The notes under the pieces were generated by a model. That model had not been told where the DNA came from and searched no databases. It worked only from the letters and a program-made list of their open reading frames with translations. Shown here in pieces: positions 36,797-44,442 of a stretch of DNA of 44,442 nt. Position 1 is the first letter of the stretch. Each line of letters starts with the position of its first letter. The stretch lies in the NCBI RefSeq assembly GCF_001194135.2, contig NC_068987.1:26346438-26390879 (forward strand), read 5' to 3'. Origin of the DNA: Octopus bimaculoides (lineage: Eukaryota). The position numbers were made by a program, and so were the translations under genes.

Positions 36797-37254
36797 TTGA
36801 TCTGACACTAAACTGACTCATCTCTTTTTTGCTGTCTATGAAAATATTATATATGAAAATGGAGCATTTATACCCTTGCCATACATATAGTGTTGGCTAA
36901 AATCTATATACCCTAACACATATAATAGCATTGAAGCAAAACGCTGCTAGTGCACCAGTAATTCAGTAATTTGGTTTCTGAATATATATTCCATAGTTAT
37001 AATTCCATATAAGGTAATTCTATAAAATTCTGCTGACTATACCACTAACCTGTTTACCATTATAACTATTACATCTCCACCCTGAACTGTAAAGAATATT
37101 TTCCATCTGTATAAATATGTCAAATACATAAATCGTAATAATGATATTACTTTTGTCTATTAATTCATTTTTTATTCTTTTTAATTTTTAAAAATTTGAA
37201 AATTGGAATTTATGTGCATTATTTTATTATGGAATTTTATTTTTCACACTACAG

Positions 37255-37401
37255 ACCAAACTAAAAAAAAGGTAGAATTGAAAGTATTCAACCGTATAAT
37301 TAGAACTGAAGAAAATAAATCAATATGTCCCCAAGAAAAATACCATTATATTATCTTAGTTTATACAAACCGGGTTGAAATATTTATGGCTATAGTTCAG
37401 G
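37255..37401 (+). other. candidate 147-nt symmetric (phase 1) coding exon, product unknown
   Basis: ATTTTTCACACTACAG| acceptor and CAGG|GTGAGA donor. Open frame QTKKKVELKVFNRIIRTEENKSICPQEKYHYIILVYTNRVEIFMAIVQ. Confidence 0.25.
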
Positions 37402-37844
37402 GTGAGATGAAGAAAATTCTAGAAAGACTTCTTTTAAGAAGATTTCGCTATTAATGAAATAATTTGATGTGGATTTGAGATTTCAATTAGTGTGTCAGTT
37501 TCCAGATATCATAAAAAGGTAAGATGGCTGAGTTGGTAACATATTAAATCACTTACTCTTGGGTCATAGCTCCAAATATTTGGCTGGTGTTTCGTCGTAT
37601 TTCTTGACAGAAACAAAATAAAGGAAGTTATTCTACATAACACCAAACCGCCTTAGATTCTGAGTTATCTTAGTAAAGTAGAAGCCAAAGAAAGAATTCT
37701 TATGGTCTTAATTGGCAAATAGTATGTTAAAAAATTTCATGAAGTATAGTAAGTTGGTTTCACGTGAGGAAGAGAAGTCTCATTTGAGCATTGTCAAAAA
37801 ATATATTTTCATTGGAAATTGCTGTGAGTATTTTAACAGCAGTA

Positions 37845-37852
37845 ATTATTAA

Positions 37853-37926
<74 letters not shown>

Positions 37927-37982
37927 GTAGTAGTAGTAGTAGTATTAGTAATAGTAGTAGTAGTAATAGTAGTAGTAGTAAA
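37845..37982. repeat. (ATT)n(GTA)n microsatellite
   Basis: Directly visible. Confidence 0.95.
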
Positions 37983-37989
37983 CTGGAAT

Positions 37990-38201
37990 GGCAGCAAGCT
38001 AGTAGAAACGTTAGGACGTCAGGCAAAATGCTTAGCGGCATTTCATTCGTTCTTACGTTCTGTGTTCAAATTCCGCTGAGGTCGACTTTGCTTTTTATCC
38101 TTACGGGGTCGATAAAATAAGTAACAGTTGGGCACTGGGGTAGATGTAATCGTTTTTGCCCTCTCAAGAACTACTGGCCTTATGCCAAAATTTGACACCA
38201 A
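37990..38201 (+). mobile_element. SINE family A, array 2 copy 1
   Basis: Full body; CCAAAATTTGACACC tail. Confidence 0.9.
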
Positions 38202-38228
38202 TATTATTATTACTTGAATTAAGTTGCA

Positions 38229-38445
38229 AAGGCGGTGAGCTGGCAAAATCTTTAAAACGCCTTGCCAAAACGCTTAGTGGCATTTCGTCGATCTTCCTAT
38301 TCCGAGTTCAGATTCCACCGAAGTCGACTTTGCTTTTCATCCTTTCATCCGTTGATAAAATAAATATCAGTCGAGCACTGAGATCGATGTAATCGACTTA
38401 GTCCCTTTTCCGAAAACTGCTGGAGTTGTGCTAAAATTAGAAACC
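38229..38445 (+). mobile_element. SINE family A, array 2 copy 2
   Basis: AAGGCGGTGAGCTGGC head; CTAAAATTAGAAACC tail. Confidence 0.9.
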
Positions 38446-38464
38446 AATATTGTCATTATTGGTT

Positions 38465-38679
38465 AAGGCAGTGGGCTGACAGAATCGTTAGCACGCTGCG
38501 CAAAGTGCCCAGCAGCATTTCGTCTGTCTTTACATTCTCAATTCAAATTCCGCTGAAGTCGACTTTGCCTTTCATCCTATCGGGGTCGATAAAATAGGTA
38601 CGAGGCAAGTATTGGGCTCGATGTTATCGAGATCCCACCACCACTCAAACGCTGCTAGCCCTGTGCCAAAAATTTGAAA
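38465..38679 (+). mobile_element. SINE family A, array 2 copy 3
   Basis: Full body; tail abuts the next head with no spacer. Confidence 0.9.
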
Positions 38680-38881
38680 AGGTCGGCGTACTGGCAGAAT
38701 CGTTAGCATTACGGGTAAATTGCTTAGCAACATTTTATTCTTTACGTTCTCAATTCAAATTCCACCGAGGTCGACCTAGCCTTTCATCCTTTCGGGGTCG
38801 ATAAAATAGGTACCGCTTGGATCGATCACATCGACTTATCCTCTCCCTGAAATTGCTGGCTATGTTCCAAAATTTGAAACA
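38680..38881 (+). mobile_element. SINE family A, array 2 copy 4
   Basis: Full body; CCAAAATTTGAAAC tail. Confidence 0.9.
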
Positions 38882-38904
38882 AATATTATTATTAGAATGT
38901 TGGA

Positions 38905-39220
38905 AAAGCAGGAAGCTGGTAGAATCGTTTGCACGTCGGTCAAAATGCCTGGCGGCTTTTCATTCGTCTTTCACTTGTGCGTTCCAGTTCTGCCGAGGTC
39001 GACATCATGCTTATAGCATTACACCTAAAGTTCGGGGGAGTGGTTAAGTCGATCACAGTGCTCAACTGGTACTTATTTCATTGACCTCGAAAGGATGGAA
39101 AAGAAAGTTGATCTCGACAGAATTTGGAATCAGAGGTCGGCATTGTCCTTTACCCTTTCGCGGTTAATAAATTAAGTACTAGTTGCGAACTGCAGTTGAG
39201 TTGATGAAATAGACATAACC
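38905..39220 (+). mobile_element. SINE family A, array 2 copy 5, interrupted by an antisense copy
   Basis: Head at 38905-39006; body resumes at 39133. Confidence 0.8.
39012..39132 (-). mobile_element. 5'-truncated SINE family A nested antisense in copy 5
   Basis: AACTGGTACTTATTTCATTGACCTCGAAAGGATGGAAA..GAATTTGGAATCAGA. Confidence 0.8.
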
Positions 39221-39830
39221 CTCTCTCTCTAAATTCCTTGTTCTCTGCTTCCAGTAAGAACAATTGTTAATATGATATATGTGCGCACGAGTGTGCGAAT
39301 GTGTGTGATAAAATCGCTTACGTTATTTTGTTAATTCCTTTTACATCTCAAGTTAAATTCCCGTCATGGTTCACTTTTTCTTTCATATTTTTCGGAGTTG
39401 ATTAACTACCTGTCAGATCTTCCTGTAAAGTAAATCGACTGTGTTTTAATTTTCGTCCCCACATCTATGTTAGAAATCCATAATGTAATTATCAGTATGA
39501 TGGTATAATCATTATAGAGAGGCAGACGGTGTGCATTTCAGTGTGTAGTTATGTGTAGTTATGTGTCTTTCAATCTAAGTACGCTTTGCCACTGTAGTCG
39601 ACAAAATAAAACATCAGTCAACTAGAGTGATTGCTATAATGTGACAGTTGTATCTGTACCTATGTCAGAAATAAATATTATTAGTAATCTCGTCAACAAA
39701 CACTGCGTCTTTGAATTCTCTTTTGCCTCATTCCAGACACAAAACATTTGTTAATTTCAACCAAGGTATTTAGATATCATAGCATTTGAACCATAACAGA
39801 ATTTTCTTTTCAGTATTTGGAAATAAAATA

Positions 39831-39880
39831 CAGAGAGAGAGAGGAAGAGAGAGAGAAAGAGAGGAGAAGAGAGAGAGAGA
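39831..39880. repeat. (GA)n microsatellite
   Basis: Directly visible. Confidence 0.93.
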
Positions 39881-40221
39881 GCACTGTCTTCCATTTCTTC
39901 GTTTCAGTGACAAGATTTATCTAAAGATCTTCACCTTCATTTGTTATATAACCTGGTTTGTGAAAGTAAAAACCCTGTTAGTAGTAGCCATAGATATTGC
40001 TAGCTTCATTAGATTATAAATTCGTGAGATTTAATAAGGGGGGATCTATCCAATGGGATTAGAAAAAAGGCAGAAATGCTCTGATGCACAGAGGTGTTTT
40101 TAGTACCAGAAAATCTGACAATGATGATATAGTGATGGATGCTTAAATCCCTTTTCTTCTTTAATCTTAGTGTTTCATCCAAAGCCGTTTTGTTGCCCTT
40201 TCACTTCACCATTATACTCAC

Positions 40222-40275
40222 CTGGAAATTCCATGTCGATTTCTGATCCTACTGCTAAACAATTGACTTTTGTTT
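40222..40275 (-). other. candidate 54-nt symmetric exon (xTKVNCLAVGSEIDMEFP), or part of a decayed coding sequence
   Basis: TATTATTTTCTCTTTCGAAG| acceptor (AAG is uncommon) and a strong CCAG|GTGAGT donor. Confidence 0.3.
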
Positions 40276-41022
40276 CTTCGAAAGAGAAAATAATACACAC
40301 AAGTTTGAGAAAAAGTTTACAGTTTGAGAGAAGGTTTACAATACTTTTCAAAATATTGAATCAAAATGTGGATAAATATTAATCAGACTTGGAAATGTTA
40401 AATTGTTAATTTTATGTGAAGTTTCTAGTACTCATATTATTGCTTCCTTGATTGCACAATATAACAATATTATAAAATTGCTGTTACAAGATTGAACAAT
40501 GTAATGCGATAGAAAAGTAATAATGGCAATTTGTCTGACTAAGGTGAGGGTTAGTTTTTGCCCTTAGTCTTTTTAATTCTCTAAACTAAGTGTTTGGAAA
40601 TTTGGTTCAATAGCTTACTCATTTTCCCTACTAATTCGTGACCTTGTATCGAAAAAAGTCAATATTACCTACTATTTACAAGTGGTCATCGTTAGGGCAT
40701 CTTTAAGCTCTTGGCAAGCAAATATCACAAATAGGTTCGATTTTTAACTGACACAAATTTAGTTTAATTAAGATACATACGCCAGTGAGGAGGATTGAAC
40801 GATTCACCTTCCATTTTTCTCCTTCTGAAAATACGGTATCCACCTGCTTAGTCAAAATTACCATTATTACAGCTAACTGGAAGGCAATATAGTTGAATGA
40901 AAGTAGTGAGTGGATAGAAAGTGCAGAACCCTGGGAAATATATTTTGTAGCATTCAATGAAGTTCGTTTAATTCGACATTTAAATTCCGGGTAAGCGTTA
41001 ATAAAATAGGTACCAAAAATAT

Positions 41023-41080
41023 ATCACGTAAATGACATCACGTAAATGACATCACGAAAATACATCACATCATGTAAATA
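41023..41080. repeat. short 14-bp tandem repeat (ATCACGTAAATGAC)
   Basis: Two perfect and two degenerate units. Confidence 0.8.
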
Positions 41081-41520
41081 CAATTCATTAGATATGTTTC
41101 AGTGTGAGGGAGAAAGGTTGGACGTTTTTTGCAGCGCTTAGTTATTTTTCTGATTCATTATGAATTCATTTTTTTCCACGTACAAATATTTTGTCTTTCA
41201 TCCTAGGGTTCGTATGAGTCCATCGAATTCTCTCCTCAAAAATGTTTTGGGTTTGTGCCAATATAAGAACTTATTATAATAGACAGTTATGAGTTGACAG
41301 AAACGGCAAAGTAGCATTCTGTATACTGTATATAATTTAGAATTTGTTCCTCTTGGGCCTAATTTTGAAAATACTGGGGTCGATAAAATGAACAACACTA
41401 ATGATAACTGTTCAATCGATTATAACCATAACTTTGCTCACGGTCAAAAACAAAGAATTATAACCGTATTCAGAAAATAATGCACACACCGACAGTAAAT
41501 ATAATTTCAATGATCTGCCT

Positions 41521-41665
41521 GAAATACCAGAATCGTTACCTCATTGGGCAAAATGCTTAGGTACATTTCGTCCGTCTTTATGCTCTAAGTTCAAGTTCCG
41601 CAGAGGTTGACTTTGTGTTTCATCCTTCCGTGGGCGATAAAATAAGGACCAGTTGAAGACACTAG
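41521..41665 (+). mobile_element. SINE family A, 3'-degraded
   Basis: CAGAATCGTT..GCAAAATGCTTAG..AGTTCAAGTTCCGCAGAGGTTGACTTTG. Confidence 0.8.
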
Positions 41666-41799
41666 GTCACGCACATTCACAACCCTACTCGGAAAACAAC
41701 TACGTTTATTGGAGAAACAAAATCGAAGAAGGTGACTTACCTTGGAATTTCAGAGAGTCGGCTGATTCCGCTGCCTCCTCTGATGCATTATCATTAATG

Positions 41800-42465
41800 A
41801 AGAGCCTTCATAAAGTCCTCTTATCCGGCCTTAGCCTAAACGGTCCAAGGTCTTTTATTTTTTTAAAGCTCTAGGTAAGTGTTTGTGTCCGTTTTTATCA
41901 GCTGTCTGTCATAGGGAGTTTTCGACGGAATTTCGTCGAACCCTACTCTCCTTTTGTGTGAATGTTTGTGCTTTCCCTTACTTCTTGCTTCAGCTCGCTG
42001 TTGCTCTTGCGAACGACTGTGAAGCGGATGAGGCATTCGGGTTCTGTAGTCAGCTGCGTAGGTTGTTCTTGTGAGTGTTGTTTCTCTTCGTGTATTTGTT
42101 TCTGTTTTGGTGCTTTTTGTAGTTGTGGCTGTGGTTGAATGAGTGTGCTTTGCTTTTGCTGTTGGGATTTGGGTGGGTATGTTGGTGTTGTTAGTGTAGA
42201 TGATGGATAAGGTGAATTTTCCTCGTCCAGTCTTTTCACTTTCAGCTTAGGATGGCCTGTTTTTGAAACTATATTTTCGCTTTTCCCCAACGCAACTCCC
42301 TCTTGGAGGATTCAGTTCCTCCTCGTCGCATGATAAGAGTTCTGAATCACCAGTGTCAGGATCATATGGTGTATCTATGTCTCCTGCCTGTAGGGATGGT
42401 CGGGCATTGCTTGTTTCCACCGCTACAGTGCCATTGTGGAGATGGCGAATTGGAGGACGGACCTG
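41800..42465 (-). mobile_element. decayed Q/T/P-rich ORF, probable retroelement ORF1-like fragment
   Basis: 115-aa ORF 41943-42290 with frameshifted extensions on both sides. No domain recognised. Confidence 0.4.
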
Positions 42466-44110
42466 ACAGCATACAGAAAAAGTTTAGGGACAGTATAAAT
42501 TAGGAGGGGCAACTTTCAAGGGGACTGACTGTCCCCACTGATCTTTGCAATGAGCTTGATACCACTAACACTAATTCTGAGGAAAGCAAAAGCTGGGTAT
42601 GTATTCAAAAGCCGCCAGCAAAAAGTCAACCATTTGTTATTCATGGATGACCTCAAACTTTATGAAGTCCAAGTCAGTTCCCTCCTTGATACGGTATATA
42701 CCTTCAGTGCTGATATTAGAATGGAGTTCGGACTGAGGAGGTGTGGTGTGTTAGTCTTGAAGAAAGGCAAAATCAAATGTATGGACGGGCTAACGATACC
42801 GTCAGGGGAGGTTATGAACCAGATATAAGAGACGGGCTGTAAGTAAATTGATGGAGAAAGAAATGACAGAAAAATTTAAGGTGGAGTACTTGCGCAGACA
42901 GAGACTGATCCTTAAGTCGAAATTAGATGGACGGAGTAAGATCGGAGCTATCAACACCTGGGCAGTTTCACTCCTAAGATATGGAACGAGGGTAATCGCA
43001 TGAACAGTAGACAAACTAAACAGTTTAGACAGAAAGACAAGAAAGTTGCTAACTAGATATGGGTCACTCCACCCAAACATTGACACAGAGACTGTATGTA
43101 CCAAGAAAAAGAGGTGGAATACGACTGATTGGATGCGAAAACAGGATTAGAGCAGAAAAAAACAACATAGCATGGTGTGTAAAAAATGCCACTGAACCAC
43201 TATTATTAGAAGTAGGAAGGTCCGGTTTGTGTAGGATGCAAGATTGCAAAGAAATTGAAAACGAATGAAACTGAACAAAGGTGGGTAAAGAAAAGAATGC
43301 ATGGTCAATTTCATAGGGATGTTGAAGATAAGGCAGAGTAAAAAGATGGTTGTGAATGACTAAAAGTGATTTAAAACCGGAAATGGAAGCTCTAATCTGT
43401 GCTGCACAAGAGCAAGCACTACGAACAAACTACATAAAATACAGAAAAGAAAACAGATCAGAAAGTGATGTGTAGAATCTGTGGACAAAATGGTGAAACC
43501 GTATGGCATATTACCAGTCAATGTACGCCAATAGCCCAAAGGGAATATAAAAGACGCCATGACAATATAGCCAGGTTTGTCCATTGGACACTCTGCAACA
43601 AGTATGGACTTGACAGAATAAAAAAAATTGGTACGACCACAAACCTGAAGGCATCGTCGAAAATAGAAATACAAAGATCCTATGAGATTTTAGGATTCAG
43701 TGCGACCATGACATAGAGAATAGGAAGCCAGACATCTTCTTAATTGAGAAAGAAAACAGGATCATAAATATAGCATGCCCAGCTGACAACAAGGTATGTG
43801 ATAAGGAAGAAAGAAAAGTTGAGAGATATGACAGGTTAGCTTGGGATGAAAAAGCAGTAGTACCAATAATTGTCGGAGCCCTGGGAATAGTGAGCAAAAA
43901 TCTCGAGAAGTACCTGGAACAAATATGGGCTGCAATAAGGGTGGAGCACTTTCAGAAAACAGCTCTGCTTGGAACCGCTCGAATACTCCGGACGGTGCTC
44001 GAAAAATAAGGGATGCTACCTTAGTTCACTGGTAGGTAACAGCTGACACTGTGGTACATCTTCAGCGTTAGGAGTTGTGTAAAGGCAATTATAACAACAA
44101 CAAAAATAAT
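42466..44110 (+). mobile_element. R4/Dong-clade non-LTR retrotransposon (RT, CCHC, RLE endonuclease), 5'-truncated
   Basis: IRRGNFQGD*LSPL, NHLLFMDDLKLY, RLYVPRKRGG, CRICGQNGETVWHITSQC..YKRRHD, RKPDIF (~43722), VPIIVGALG, KTALLGTARILR, stop at 44007-44009, then a short UTR and (CAA/TAA) tail. Confidence 0.9.
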
Positions 44111-44319
44111 TTCAGATTTTGGTTCAAGTTCTGTAATTTTAGGGGAAGCGTGTCAGTCGATTACACCGACCCCAGTGCTCAGCTGGTAGCTGTTTTATCG
44201 GCCCGAAAAGATGAAAGGCAAAATCGACATCGGCAATATTTGAACGTAGAACCTAAAGATGGAGGAAATGCCGCAAAACATTTTTCCTGGCGTGCTAACG
44301 ATTCTGCCACCTCTCCGCC

Positions 44320-44320
<1 letters not shown>
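44111..44320 (-). mobile_element. SINE family A inserted antisense in the Dong (TAA)n tail
   Basis: Full body; head CTCCGCCT abuts (TAA)n. Confidence 0.88.
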
Positions 44321-44359
<39 letters not shown>

Positions 44360-44372
44360 CATAATAATAATC

Positions 44373-44419
<47 letters not shown>

Positions 44420-44442
44420 CATAATAATAATCATAATAATAA
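44320..44442. repeat. (TAA)n microsatellite running off the window end
   Basis: Directly visible. Confidence 0.97.

Noticed and set aside
41731-41745. Strong minus-strand donor AAG|GTAAGT
   Set aside because: It overlaps a GACTTACC motif like that in SINE A 3' bodies; likely repeat-derived.
44010-44100. SINE A as the direct non-autonomous partner of this Dong element
   Set aside because: No 3'-end similarity, opposite tail polarity, and SINE A shows long unique TSDs.
5591-44434. ORF-track entries with poly-I, poly-T/S, poly-D/H, HT/CV or M/V runs (e.g. 5591-5872, 6653-7036, 8538-8856, 11362-11655, 13765-13974, 37760-38120, 44195-44434)
   Set aside because: They are open only because they cross stop-free microsatellites.

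Overview
AT-rich animal genomic DNA from a short-read scaffold, with three N gaps. The SINE families and microsatellite landscape look like Octopus (inference from recalled repeat families, not verified). I found no intact protein-coding gene, rRNA, true tRNA or CRISPR array, and most ORF-track entries are microsatellite or antisense artefacts. The window is mostly decayed transposable elements: a pogo/Tigger transposase, a CR1-type LINE, a Penelope GIY-YIG fragment, two Ty3/gypsy gag remnants, a hAT (Buster/ZBED5-type) transposase, an L1/Tx1 LINE and a relatively young R4/Dong RLE-type LINE. It also holds about 25 copies of one tRNA-head SINE (family A), three other short retroposon families (B, C, D; my labels) and many microsatellites. 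The most interesting patterns are: (1) same-orientation head-to-tail SINE arrays; (2) a strand-polarity rule of retroposons relative to (TAA)n/(ATT)n tracts, opposite for SINE A versus Dong and family D; (3) inverted repeat pairs that could form dsRNA; (4) a degenerate hammerhead motif in the Penelope 3' region; (5) a few isolated candidate exons. No novel system is demonstrated. The microsatellite-targeting retroposon organisation is the best lead. Boundaries of decayed elements are approximate and translations were done by eye.
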